32,000 nucleotides of DNA from Microcystis aeruginosa NIES-843 (GCF_000010625.1 NC_010296.1:1050001-1082000), one strand, 5' to 3'; positions 1 to 8,976 are shown, counted from the stretch's first letter. Notes: generated from the letters alone by a model not told the origin. Numbers and translations are program-made.

Positions 1-2
1 GC

Positions 3-992
3 TTAAGTTTTCTCTATGGCAGTTATTTAACCTTAACTAATCTCACCTCAAAAGAATGGCAGCGGATCGAAAAGATGCACATATCACCGCTTTTTGTGTC
101 CGTTCATGCCACGGAACCCGATCTGAGGATTCGTCTCTTAAAAAATCCCCGCGCTGGTCAAATTTTAGACCATTTAAAATGGCTACAAGCCAGACAATTA
201 CAAATTCATGCCCAAGTGGTAGTTTGTCCCAATATTAATGATGGAATTCATCTCGAAAGAACCCTGTTAGATCTGGTTTCTTTTCATCGGGGAGATATTC
301 CCTGTGTGGAGTCGATTGCCGTAGTTCCCGTGGGATTAACCCGCTTTCGTCCCCAAGAAGATGAATTAATTCCCGTTAGCCAAGAAAAAGCGCGAGAAGT
401 GATCGAACAAGTCCAAACTTTACAGAAACAATTTTGTCAAGAATTTGGCAGTAATGTGGTATGGTTAGCCGATGAATGGTTTTTAATTGCCCGAGTCGAT
501 TTACCACCTCAATCTCACTACGAAGACTATCCCCAAATCGGTAACGGGGTTGGCTCGATTCGTCAATTTCTTAGGGATTTCCAGAAGACAGCCAAGAAGT
601 TATTACCTGCTCAAATTAATCCTTCTAGACGGTTAATATGGGTAGTGGGAAATGCGGTAGAACAAGCTTTTCAACCCCTAGTTAAACAGTTAAATAATCT
701 GCGAGGTTTAACCGTGGAATTAGTGGCTTTAAATAGTGATTATTGGGGGCAGGAAATCACGGTTACGGGTTTATTAACCGGGCAAGATATTCTCAAAGGA
801 TTACAAGGTAAAAATCTTGGGGATGGGGTTTTATTACCCTCCCTCATGCTCAAGCATGGGGAATCGGTATTTTTAGATGATCTCACCCTAGAAACTGTTA
901 TTAATCAGTTAGGAGTCCCTATTTATCCAGTCCTGGGAGTGGAGGAATTAATTAAAACTTGTCTTACTCTCAATCCCTTGAACAAATCCTAA
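3..992 (+). CDS. DUF512 / radical-SAM-associated Fe-S protein family, 5' end cut by window edge
   Basis: The frame of the 75..992 ORF stays open back to nt 3 (LSFLYGSYLTLTNLTSKEWQRIEK then MHISPLFVSVHATEPDLR). The motifs YGSYLTLTN, FVSVHATEP.LR and QVVVCPNINDG match my memory of the cyanobacterial radical-SAM/DUF512 family. Confidence 0.7.
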   Translation, partial: LSFLYGSYLTLTNLTSKEWQRIEKMHISPLFVSVHATEPDLRIRLLKNPRAGQILDHLKWLQARQLQIHAQVVVCPNINDGIHLERTLLDLVSFHRGDIPCVESIAVVPVGLTRFRPQEDELIPVSQEKAREVIEQVQTLQKQFCQEFGSNVVWLADEWFLIARVDLPPQSHYEDYPQIGNGVGSIRQFLRDFQKTAKKLLPAQINPSRRLIWVVGNAVEQAFQPLVKQLNNLRGLTVELVALNSDYWGQEITVTGLLTGQDILKGLQGKNLGDGVLLPSLMLKHGESVFLDDLTLETVINQLGVPIYPVLGVEELIKTCLTLNPLNKS

Positions 993-1040
993 TCTTGAGA
1001 ATAGACAATTATCAGTAATCGGTGATCAGATTTGAGTTTT

Positions 1041-1162
1041 TAAGTAGGTGGGTGGAATTAAATATAAGATGAACGTAGGTTGGGTTGAAGCATGAAACCC
1101 AACTCCCGCATGGGTTACGCTACCGCTAACCCATCCTACAAATAATTGTGCCTCCCTACTTA
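1041..1162. mobile_element. MITE-like element with TAAGTAGG-type terminal inverted repeats (family 2, variant core)
   Basis: Starts TAAGTAGGTGGG and ends CCTCCCTACTTA. The interior carries the hairpin GGGTTGAAGCATGAAACCC and GGGTTACGCTACCGCTAACCC. It lies in non-coding DNA, followed by a short ACTGAT(C/T)A run at about 1201..1226. Confidence 0.55.
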
Positions 1163-1227
1163 GTGAGCGGTATTAAGTAGAAAATTGCCGTTTTCTTGGC
1201 ACTGATCACTGATTACTGATTACTGTC

Positions 1228-2022
1228 TTAGCCTAGCTCCGCATTACCTGTCCCTTGAAACATCAGCCAAGAGAGGAAAAAATTAGCCACAAAAATCGCT
1301 AATAAAGAAGTTACCACAGCCGTGGTAGTAGATTGACCAACTCCTTTAGCACCGCCGGTGGTGGTTAAACCCCAACTGCAACCGATAATAGCAATTAAAA
1401 CCCCAAAAATTAGGGACTTTAACATAGAACTAATTAAATCCCATGTTTCCAGAAAATTTTGGGCTGATTGTAAGAATAGGGAATAGGAAATACCGTAAAG
1501 ACTATCGGAAATAAATAAACCACCGAGTAGCCCTGTGACTAAAGAGATAATAGTGAGCAGGGGTAACATTAAACTACAGGCAATCACCCGAGGAATGACC
1601 AAATAATCGATCGGATCGGTTTTTAAAATATATAAAGCGTCAATTTGTTCTGTTACTCGCATTGTACCAATTTCGGCGGCAAAAGCCGAGCCAACTCTCC
1701 CCGCCACCACCACCGCGGTTAAAACCGGGGCTAATTCTCTTGTTAAAGCCAAGGAAAGGACTCCCCCAACAAAACTACCCGCCCCAAAAAAAATAAATTC
1801 TCTGGCTACCTGAATAGTGAAAACCATACCCACAAAAGCAGCAGTAATTAGGGCAATTGTCAAGGATTCTGGCCCCACAATACTCATTTGTTCCAGAGTA
1901 TTACGCCGGTGGATTTTGCCATTAAGAATATGTAAAAAAGTTTGTCCCGCTAACAAACCGGCAGCCCCCAAACGCTGAAACCATAAACTTAAACCACCGG
2001 CAGCATCACTTTTTCTTGGCAT
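1228..2022 (-). CDS. mlaE: MlaE-family ABC transporter permease (lipid transport, TGD1/ycf63-like)
   Basis: 264-aa polytopic membrane ORF. GPESLTIALITAAFVGMVFTIQ and GRVGSAFAAEIGTMRVTEQIDAL are typical MlaE/Ttg2B signatures. Confidence 0.85.
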   Translation of the reverse strand: MPRKSDAAGGLSLWFQRLGAAGLLAGQTFLHILNGKIHRRNTLEQMSIVGPESLTIALITAAFVGMVFTIQVAREFIFFGAGSFVGGVLSLALTRELAPVLTAVVVAGRVGSAFAAEIGTMRVTEQIDALYILKTDPIDYLVIPRVIACSLMLPLLTIISLVTGLLGGLFISDSLYGISYSLFLQSAQNFLETWDLISSMLKSLIFGVLIAIIGCSWGLTTTGGAKGVGQSTTTAVVTSLLAIFVANFFLSWLMFQGTGNAELG

Positions 2023-2208
2023 TTGTCGAGGGACTATCGCTAAAATCTAACTTATTATAGGCGAGAATTCCCTCTGATTATCCCTCGATTGTTAGGACTT
2101 GCTTTGATGCCACTCGATCGAGGGATAACAAACCATGGTTTTGTGCTGCTGGCAGGGGATAATAGAATTGTCTAGTAGTCGTCAGCTATCAACCCTGATT
2201 CTTTATCC

Positions 2209-3393
2209 ATGCCAGATTTAGCGAAAATTATCCTGAGAAACCATAAAATTGATGCTGTTAAACGATTTCATCCTTGGATATTTTCCGGGGCGATTAAAGA
2301 GATGGAGGGAGAAGTCAAAGAGGGTGCTATCGTAGAGGTTTATAGCGATCAAGGCGAATATCTAGCCACTGGACTGTATAATCCTAGCAATATTGCCGTT
2401 AAAATTCTTTCTTTCCAAAAAGTCAGCGATATTGCTCAATTATTTCTCGAAAAATTCCAGAATGCCTATCAGCTGCGGCAACAAATCGGTTTAGTGGATA
2501 ACCCGAAAACTAACTGTTATCGCTTAATTAACGCGGAAGGAGACGGTTTACCCAGTTTAATCGTCGATTGGTACAATGGCACGGCGGTTATTCAAGCTTA
2601 TTCTCTAGCTTTATACCAACGTCTCGATCTGATTGTCGATTGCCTGAAAACTATCTACGCTGACAATTTACGGGCAGTTTACGATAAAAGTGCCGCAGTT
2701 TTGGCGAAAAGCGCCCATATCTCTGAGAATAAATACTTATTTGGTCAAAAAAACGGCAATGAGGTGTTAGAATTCGGTCATCGCTTTATTATTGATTGGG
2801 AAAAAGGACAAAAAACAGGATTTTTCCTCGATCAAAGGGAAAATAGAGCAATATTAGCCCAATATTGTCAGAATAAACGGGTTTTAAACACTTTTTCTTA
2901 TTCTGGCGGCTTTTCCGTCTATGCTATGCAAGCGGGGGCTGCCCTAGTCCATTCCGTTGATAGTTCCCACGGTGCGATCGATCTTACCGAAAAAAATATC
3001 GCCCTGAATAATCTCGGTGAAGTTCCCCATCAATCCTACAGTGCCGATGTTTTTAACTTCCTGCGCGACTGTCAGGAGGATTACGATCTGATTGTTCTTG
3101 ATCCCCCCGCTTTTGCCAAAAGTATCCAATCCCGTCATCAGGCGGTTATGGCTTATAAAAGATTAAATTACCAAGCTTTCCAGAAAATTCGCCCCCAAGG
3201 TATTATTTTCACCTTTTCCTGTTCCCAAGTGGTTAACGAAGAACATTTTCAGGGGGCTGTCATGGCGGCAGCCATTGAATCGGCTCGCCCAGTGCGAATT
3301 TTAGCACGTTTAAGCCAACCGGCAGACCATCCCACCAGTATCTATCACTCGGAAGGTTCCTACCTGAAAGGATTGGTTTTAGCGGTGGATTGA
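2209..3393 (+). CDS. rlmI: Class I SAM-dependent rRNA (cytosine-C5) methyltransferase, RlmI-like (PUA + MTase)
   Basis: 394 aa. KTGFFLDQRENR and VLDPPAFAKS are hallmarks of the RlmI/RlmK-type methyltransferase family, and the N-terminus is PUA-like. Confidence 0.8.
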   Translation: MPDLAKIILRNHKIDAVKRFHPWIFSGAIKEMEGEVKEGAIVEVYSDQGEYLATGLYNPSNIAVKILSFQKVSDIAQLFLEKFQNAYQLRQQIGLVDNPKTNCYRLINAEGDGLPSLIVDWYNGTAVIQAYSLALYQRLDLIVDCLKTIYADNLRAVYDKSAAVLAKSAHISENKYLFGQKNGNEVLEFGHRFIIDWEKGQKTGFFLDQRENRAILAQYCQNKRVLNTFSYSGGFSVYAMQAGAALVHSVDSSHGAIDLTEKNIALNNLGEVPHQSYSADVFNFLRDCQEDYDLIVLDPPAFAKSIQSRHQAVMAYKRLNYQAFQKIRPQGIIFTFSCSQVVNEEHFQGAVMAAAIESARPVRILARLSQPADHPTSIYHSEGSYLKGLVLAVD

Positions 3394-3770
3394 TGGAAAA
3401 TTAAACGATTACCATCGGGATCATAGATGTAGATTTCCGGACCGTGGGAAGCCTGGCTAATTTCTCCCCTAGCACCATAGCCGATTTCGCTCCAATGCTC
3501 GAGGGCTTTTTCGAGACTCTCCACCTCGAAACAAATGCTCATGCCACTGCCCCTAGAATCGCTAAATTCGTCTCTGTGGGACTCTTTAGGGCAAAAAAGA
3601 CCTAATTTAAGGTTAATCAGCCTAAATTCCGCATAAACGTCGGCAAGGTAGGGGTTTGGTTCCTGTTGCAACAGTTGACGATAAAACTGCACCGAGCGAT
3701 CAAAATTACTCGTGCCTAGGGCAATAAAAGCCTCTGTGTAATTGAATGGACTATCGGGGGGGTTATTCAT
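3360..3770 (-). CDS. VOC (glyoxalase/bleomycin-resistance fold) family protein
   Basis: 136-aa ORF whose size and pattern (FYRQLL.., IYIYDPDGNRLIF) are typical of VOC proteins. It overlaps the rlmI 3' end convergently by 34 nt. Confidence 0.6.
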   Translation of the reverse strand: MNNPPDSPFNYTEAFIALGTSNFDRSVQFYRQLLQQEPNPYLADVYAEFRLINLKLGLFCPKESHRDEFSDSRGSGMSICFEVESLEKALEHWSEIGYGARGEISQASHGPEIYIYDPDGNRLIFHQSTAKTNPFR

Positions 3771-4204
3771 TGGGGTTGGGGATTAGGAGAGGGGAGATTG
3801 CCCAAAAGATCTACTTCAGTGCGGTGAAGATGTCAAGTCCCTTGGGCTGCCAATAGTAGTCGCGTCCATTGCCAGACTTTCTATCTCCCTCGGTAGTAAG
3901 CTCTTTAAAATACCTATATCTGCAAGTCCCCTGGGGTTTCCATCCGATCGAGGATCACCCTGAGCGTTCATCCGATCGAGTGATTTTGGGGAAAAAGTGT
4001 TAAAAAAGATTGCTGTTTGTAAAGACAACTGTTACCGTGGGTTCAAGAGTGCGCTTTGAAGGAGGAAAAATCCCATGCACCCTAACCTATCCATCTATCC
4101 CTCGATTGCTTCGCTACTTATGTAGGGTATAGATGCACAAATCAAAGATTTCAGAAGCAAAACCAATAAATTCCCGTACTGTTGCTTAAAACAGGAGTTT
4201 GATC

Positions 4205-5014
4205 ATGAAATTACAGGGAAAAACTGCCCTAGTCACGGGGGCATCCCGGGGCATTGGACGAGCGATCGCCTTAGAATTAGCCCGACAAGGTTTAAGCAGA
4301 ATTGTGATTGTTGCCAGAGATCAAGAGCGATTAGAAAAACTAGCCAAAGAAATTGAGTCCCTAGGGGTCATTGCCACACCTTTAGCCCTAGATTTAACCG
4401 AAAATGACCTTGTTAGTCCTTCAATTATCCGCGTTTGGCAAGAATGCCGTGGCATTGATATCCTCGTTAACTGTGCCGGTATTGCCCATCAAACCCCCTT
4501 TCTACGCTCGCAATTTTCGCAAGTGCAAGCAGAAATATCTTTAAATCTGATGGCCCTGTACACGGTTACTCGCTTAATTGCCCGCCGGATGGCAATTCGG
4601 GGACAGGGAACGATTGTCAATGTTTCCAGCATGATGGGTAAAATTGCCGCTCCTAGCTTCGCTACCTACTCGGCCACCAAATTTGCCATTTTGGGTTTTA
4701 GTCAAGCTCTCAGGTCAGAATTACGGGAACACAACATCAAAGTTGTCACCCTCTTACCCTCTTTAACCGATACGGATATGGTGCGAGAATTGCAGTTATT
4801 TCGATGGTTAAAACCGATGAGCGCCGAAGAAGTCGCCCAAACCCTAATTACCGGGTTAAATAGGGAAAAAACGGAAATTGTCGTCGGTTGGCAAAGTCAT
4901 CTAGCTCTTTGGTGTCAAAAATTGGCCCCGAAACTGCTCGAGAAAATTGTCGATTTAGCCTCTCCCTTACGCCAAAGCAAAGGAAAGCGAGGATGGCGAG
5001 AAGTGTTTAACTAG
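4205..5014 (+). CDS. Short-chain dehydrogenase/reductase (SDR) family oxidoreductase
   Basis: TGASRGIG cofactor motif, NCAG, and the S..YSATK catalytic motif. I prefer the ATG at 4205 (AGGAG 7 nt upstream) over the track's TTG at 4199. Confidence 0.9.
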   Translation: MKLQGKTALVTGASRGIGRAIALELARQGLSRIVIVARDQERLEKLAKEIESLGVIATPLALDLTENDLVSPSIIRVWQECRGIDILVNCAGIAHQTPFLRSQFSQVQAEISLNLMALYTVTRLIARRMAIRGQGTIVNVSSMMGKIAAPSFATYSATKFAILGFSQALRSELREHNIKVVTLLPSLTDTDMVRELQLFRWLKPMSAEEVAQTLITGLNREKTEIVVGWQSHLALWCQKLAPKLLEKIVDLASPLRQSKGKRGWREVFN

Positions 5015-5024
5015 GGTTTAATTA

Positions 5025-5237
5025 GGGTCTGGTGAAAAAGTTTTTCCTGGGGGTAGGGTGTGGGGTGTGGGGTGTGGGGTGTGGGGTTTTACTCATTTTC
5101 ATGTGGTCAATTACCTAATTTTCAGGAAAAAAGTCCAGGGATTTTCCCCCCAATCACTCCAAAGGTCGGCACTTTTTGAGGCAAAAAAAGTCTAAAAGCG
5201 TTATCCAACAAGGTTTTTAGATTTATTCAGCAAACCC
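5025..5237 (-). mobile_element. MITE family 1 copy (213 bp, 12-bp TIR GGGT(T/C)TG(C/G)TGAA, TA target duplication)
   Basis: Flanked by TA at 5023-5024 and 5238-5239. It contains a 5-unit GT(A/G)GGGT heptamer array (5053..5087). It is the reverse complement of the 19221..19432 copy along its full length by manual alignment. Confidence 0.8.
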
Positions 5238-5294
5238 TAATTAAATCCATCAGGGTGAGCCATGCTCACCCTAATCACCTTAACTAACAGGCAA

Positions 5295-6161
5295 TTAAAC
5301 GGCTGTCAGGGTTTTTTCTAGAAGTTGTCGGGGAGCTTGAACCAAACCACGACAGTGGATTTCCGCAGAATTATTGGGACTTTCAATCAGTTTAACTTTA
5401 TCTAATTCGGCTCCTAATTGGCGGATCCGTTCCCCTAATAGTTGAGCGATATGTAAGGCAATATTTTCCGCGGTGGGAACCACTTCGGCAAAGTAGGGAA
5501 TATCCTTATTTAAAAAAGTATGATCGAAGGGTTCTACTACCAATTCATCGATCGCTTTTTGTAAATCCCCTAGATCTACAATCATACCGGTGCGGGGATC
5601 GATTTCCCCCGCCACGGATACTTCTAGGTGATAATTATGGCCATGACCGTTTACCCTGGCGCATTTGCCGTAGATTTCCGAGTTTTGTTCGAGGGTTAAT
5701 TGCGGTAAAGCCAAACGATGGGCGGCGCTAAAATGGGTTTTGACGGTTAAAGTTGCTTCCATATCTTTTCCTTGATATTCTGCCCACAATTCGGGGTGTT
5801 CAAATAGTTGAATTTTGACTAATGGTAAATAGGGTGCTAATCTTTGCCAGATAACTCTAGCGATATTTTCTGTGGTGGGTAGGGTTTGCTGAAATTCCGG
5901 CCAGACTTGATTGAGATAGGAGTAGTCTAATTGACTGGTTATCTCTCGTTTAATTACCTGTTTCACGGTGGAGAGATTCTCCACCATGCCATAAAGATTG
6001 AGTTCTTTGTGTAGGGAGACATATAATTCGTAATTGTGACCATGACCGGGAAAACGGCTACCAAGACCAAAACGTCTTTGATTTTCGGCTTCGTCCCATT
6101 CTGGTAGATAATAGCGATGGCTGGCTGAAAACCTCGCTCGACGATTGATGATGCAATCCAT
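5295..6161 (-). CDS. Tandem-domain 6-pyruvoyl-tetrahydropterin synthase / QueD-like protein
   Basis: Two PTPS repeats are present: FSASHRY...PGHGHNYELYV and FSAAHRL...CARVNGHGHNYHLEV. Confidence 0.85.
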   Translation of the reverse strand: MDCIINRRARFSASHRYYLPEWDEAENQRRFGLGSRFPGHGHNYELYVSLHKELNLYGMVENLSTVKQVIKREITSQLDYSYLNQVWPEFQQTLPTTENIARVIWQRLAPYLPLVKIQLFEHPELWAEYQGKDMEATLTVKTHFSAAHRLALPQLTLEQNSEIYGKCARVNGHGHNYHLEVSVAGEIDPRTGMIVDLGDLQKAIDELVVEPFDHTFLNKDIPYFAEVVPTAENIALHIAQLLGERIRQLGAELDKVKLIESPNNSAEIHCRGLVQAPRQLLEKTLTAV

Positions 6162-6545
6162 AAATGTGGGGATCGATGACTTTGTAAAGTTACGTTAAGA
6201 GCAACTTTTTCTAGCATAAACCAGTTTTGTCTCCTCCGGCTTGCGGACCGGAGAAAGTTATCCCTCAATTCCAGCAGAATGCGATCGCTGTGAGTCGATA
6301 GTGAGAAAATTGGCGTTGCTGAATCAAGGTATGAATGCCAACCGTGCATCGTATCCAAAAGTTAGTTTGGGTCTAGGTTTTAAAAATCCCACAAAATAAG
6401 ATTCAGGTCTCAAATCAGCAAGGCCGAAAATCCCTTGACTATCAAACCCCCGATCAAGTATTCTACAAACATACTTCAGACTTCGTTGCACTTTAGATCT
6501 GAAGATCTGAATCGGCACTTTGTCAATGCGTAAGTACTATAATTT

Positions 6546-7580
6546 ATGGTCGAGCAAATACCTCCTATTTATTTTCATCTTCCCGCTTCCGATCGACCCG
6601 ACCCTTTGCCCGATCACGCCGATCAATTACGAAAGGGTCGAGGTTCATGGGCTTGGATTTTACAAACTTATTTGCGATTACGCGAATCGAACTTTCCCTG
6701 TGAATTAGTAGATACTATCCCTAAAGAAGGTATCGTAATTAGCCATAGAGTGTCGTTAGCTTATGATTTTCAACCCTATCCCAAGTTATTACTGGCTTGT
6801 GTTAAAGGAGATCGAAATCCTCAACCCTACGCTCAAATTCATATCGTCCAGAATCGACAGGAATTAACTGCTTCTCAACTTTATATACAATCAATAGCCG
6901 CAGATCAATATCTTTTACCTGGTAAGCGATACTTTTTACCCCATTGGACTCAACCGGGCTTAATTCCTCGCGATCCCCGACGGGGCGATCGGTTTGAAAA
7001 TGTAGTTTATTTTGGCATTACCTACAATTTAGCTCCCCCCTTACGCAAACCGGAATGGAAACAGCAGGTAGATCATTTAGGTTTAAACTGGTGCATTCAA
7101 ACTAATGATGAGTTTTGGCATGATTATCGTCAAGCAGATGCAATCGTCGCTGTTCGTTGTTTCGACTCCAAGGAGACTTATCCTTGGAAACCCGCCACTA
7201 AGCTGTATAATGCCTGGTTAGCAGGTGTTCCTGCCATTTTAGGAAATGAATCTGCTTTTCAAGCAGAGTACAAAAGTGAGCTAGATTTCTTTACTGCTAA
7301 TAATGAGAATGATATTATTTATTATCTCAAACAATTGCGGGACAACAATTATTTAAGGCAGCAAATAAAGTCTCATTATCAAGAAAGGTCGAAAACCGTG
7401 ACTATTAGCCATCTTGTTCAATGTTGGCATCAGTTTATCTTGAATGAATGTGTTCCCGCCTATAATCAATGGTGTTCCCTTTCTCTCTGGCAACAACAAC
7501 AGTTCTTTTTGCGTCGTCGTGTCCTGTCGAAATTGAATCAACTGCAAATGAAAACCCTGAAAATCATCACTGCTCAATAG
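6546..7580 (+). CDS. Conserved hypothetical protein (C-terminal half weakly glycosyltransferase-like)
   Basis: 344-aa ORF with ordinary codon usage. KPATKLYNAWLAGVPAILG resembles GT-B C-terminal motifs, but I cannot assign a family. Confidence 0.55.
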   Translation: MVEQIPPIYFHLPASDRPDPLPDHADQLRKGRGSWAWILQTYLRLRESNFPCELVDTIPKEGIVISHRVSLAYDFQPYPKLLLACVKGDRNPQPYAQIHIVQNRQELTASQLYIQSIAADQYLLPGKRYFLPHWTQPGLIPRDPRRGDRFENVVYFGITYNLAPPLRKPEWKQQVDHLGLNWCIQTNDEFWHDYRQADAIVAVRCFDSKETYPWKPATKLYNAWLAGVPAILGNESAFQAEYKSELDFFTANNENDIIYYLKQLRDNNYLRQQIKSHYQERSKTVTISHLVQCWHQFILNECVPAYNQWCSLSLWQQQQFFLRRRVLSKLNQLQMKTLKIITAQ

Positions 7581-7748
7581 CCAATGGTTCTCGGTGATTG
7601 CGGACAGTAATGTTTGAAGTCCTCTTTTTACCCAGTTTTTGGGGTAGTATTCACTTATCTCTCTTAGATGGCGACTCGTTACTGAGATTGACTTGGCACT
7701 TTTTTCAATTTTCTCAGAGGCACGCCAGGGGAATTGCTTTTTTACCAC
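7551..7748 (-). pseudogene. Possible decayed HicA-like toxin remnant
   Basis: The first ~66 aa of the 7353..7748 ORF (..EKIEKSAKSISVTSRHLRE...KRGLQTLLSAITENHWLLSSDDF) loosely follow the HicA pattern (LEK.G...GSH....G.L.sIL.q.g....F). The match is shorter than HicA, and the ORF reads through into the convergent gene. Confidence 0.3.
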
Positions 7749-7937
7749 TAAAATAAACTGTCTCTATCCAAATTCGCTCGCTTCTTCAATATTAATCATC
7801 ACTTCCTCTAAAGTTTCCCCCTGACTCATACATCCGGGTAAATCGGGAATTAATGCCGTGTATCCTCCTTCTTCTTCGGGATAAATTGAAATCGGATATT
7901 TAAGAGACAGAAAGTATTCTAATATTGGTTGTTCCAT
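7714..7937 (-). pseudogene. hicB: HicB-family (UPF0150) antitoxin-like gene, apparently frameshifted
   Basis: A 57-aa ORF at 7764..7937 (MEQPILEYFLSLKYPISIYPEEEGGYTALIPDLPGCMSQGETLEEVMINIEEASEFG*) lies below the track cutoff. The +1 frame continues WIETVYFSGKKAIPLACL*, completing the usual ..EEA.ELWIE...G..IP HicB pattern. GAATTTGGATAGAG looks like GAATTGTGGATAGAG minus one G. Confidence 0.55.
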
Positions 7938-7945
7938 CAATAGGT

Positions 7946-8449
7946 CTAAATAGGTCTAACTGAGTCGCCAATTTGAGGGTTTTCAAAAGGTAACGTTTCG
8001 GATAATTCCCGTACTAGCAGTTTATTTAACAATTCACGATTTATTAGCTCGGATATTGGCTTTTTATCGTTCTTAGAATTCGCTCCTACGGCTCTTTTTA
8101 AGAATTTTCCTATCAAATCGGACGGGGTTTCTTGTTCTTTAAGCAACAACTCCAGCAATCTAGATCCTTTATTATTGGCTCTATCCGATTGTAAAATCGA
8201 TATTTTTTCTTGAACAAAAGTAATTGTCCCCGTCCCTCTCACTAAGTCAAGATAGCCTAAAGACTCACCAGTCTGAGGATCTTTTATTTCCTCTTCACTT
8301 GTATTGTAAACTAACATTCTTTGACCTTCTCGAATTCCACTAATTTCACCTCTATTGATCACTAATTTATAGTCGTCAATAACTTTGACAACTTTGGCGG
8401 GAAAGGTTCCTTTAGGAGATAAAAGGGTAGTTTCTGTGACGTTTTCCAT
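7946..8449 (-). CDS. Unknown protein, paralog A of a duplicated pair (conserved N- and C-termini, variable centre)
   Basis: 167 aa. The first 89 aa are 70/89 identical to the 8977..9483 product by my count, the last 15 aa are 12/15 identical, and the middle is unalignable. Confidence 0.75.
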   Translation of the reverse strand: MENVTETTLLSPKGTFPAKVVKVIDDYKLVINRGEISGIREGQRMLVYNTSEEEIKDPQTGESLGYLDLVRGTGTITFVQEKISILQSDRANNKGSRLLELLLKEQETPSDLIGKFLKRAVGANSKNDKKPISELINRELLNKLLVRELSETLPFENPQIGDSVRPI

Positions 8450-8710
8450 AATGATTTATCTTTGGTATAAATCTGGTTAATATTAAATATTATCGCTCTT
8501 AGGGCGCAATAGCTATAATTTAAACTTATATTTGTCAGGATTTAATGATAAGGTCGGTCAATTGCCTTGATCATTAATAGTACCAATGTAGGAGCGATGT
8601 ATTGTAACTGCAAAAAAGGGGTTAAGCGTGATAATTTCTTAATAAATTCAAAAAATTGGTATGATAAAATGCTAGAATGAAGGGGTAAACATAACTTAAA
8701 CGAGGGTGTT

Positions 8711-8872
8711 ATGGTAAAAAAATACTATCGTGACATTTCTTCCCAAAATTACTCTATTCCTAGACGGTACTTTATGGATGGTCTGGTCTCTGTTCTAGAT
8801 ATAGGGGGGACTTATCGTGCCAATCTAGATTATCGTTGTCGTGTTCGTGTGGGCAAAAAAGTAGTAAATTAG
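8711..8872 (+). CDS. Possible small basic protein (53 aa), function unknown
   Basis: ATG preceded by GAGGG at 8702-8706 (a 4-nt spacer, short for an SD). Sequence is MVKKYYRDISSQNYSIPRRYFMDGLVSVLDIGGTYRANLDYRCRVRVGKKVVN*, followed by the hairpin GTCGGGTT-N10-AACCCGAC. It is below the track threshold. Confidence 0.25.
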   Translation: MVKKYYRDISSQNYSIPRRYFMDGLVSVLDIGGTYRANLDYRCRVRVGKKVVN

Positions 8873-8976
8873 TAGGTCGGGTTGAGGCTACGAAACCCGA
8901 CAACCCGACAGAAACCCTCTTAATCCTTTTTTTGCTGAATAAAATGCACAACTGGACTAATTTTTGATTATAACGA

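Noticed and set aside
56-238. 60-aa ORF overlapping the DUF512 gene, plus similar shadow ORFs at 2944..3138, 15190..15381, 16230..16475, 19691..19933, 22071..22259, 29610..29792 and 29711..29956
   Set aside because: Each lies within, or at 15190..15381 largely overlaps, a longer motif-supported CDS, in another frame or on the other strand.
3816-4028. 70-aa minus-strand ORF
   Set aside because: It has a TTG start, no SD, Pro/Arg/Ser-rich composition and no recognisable family. It is probably non-coding spacer.
6162-6300. preQ1 riboswitch upstream of the QueD/PTPS-like gene
   Set aside because: The leader has a CTCCGG-N8-CCGGAG hairpin but lacks the conserved preQ1-I features (a C-rich loop followed by an A-rich tail such as AAAAAACUA). 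The gene also looks like a pterin PTPS rather than queD.
6538-6543. TATAAT box as promoter of the 6546..7580 gene
   Set aside because: It ends 2 nt before the annotated ATG, so the expected transcription start would fall inside the codon region. The nearest TTGTCA is only 12 nt upstream. The geometry is inconsistent unless the true start codon is further downstream.
5963-6708. ORFs 5963..6358(-), 6324..6518(-) and 6520..6708(+)
   Set aside because: The first overlaps the PTPS 5' end out of frame. The others are low-complexity or overlap the better-supported 6546..7580 frame. None shows a recognisable motif.
7353-7748. 131-aa ORF as an intact gene
   Set aside because: It overlaps the convergent 6546..7580 CDS by 228 nt. 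Only its first ~66 aa show a weak HicA-like pattern, so I treat it as a read-through remnant rather than a functional 131-aa protein.
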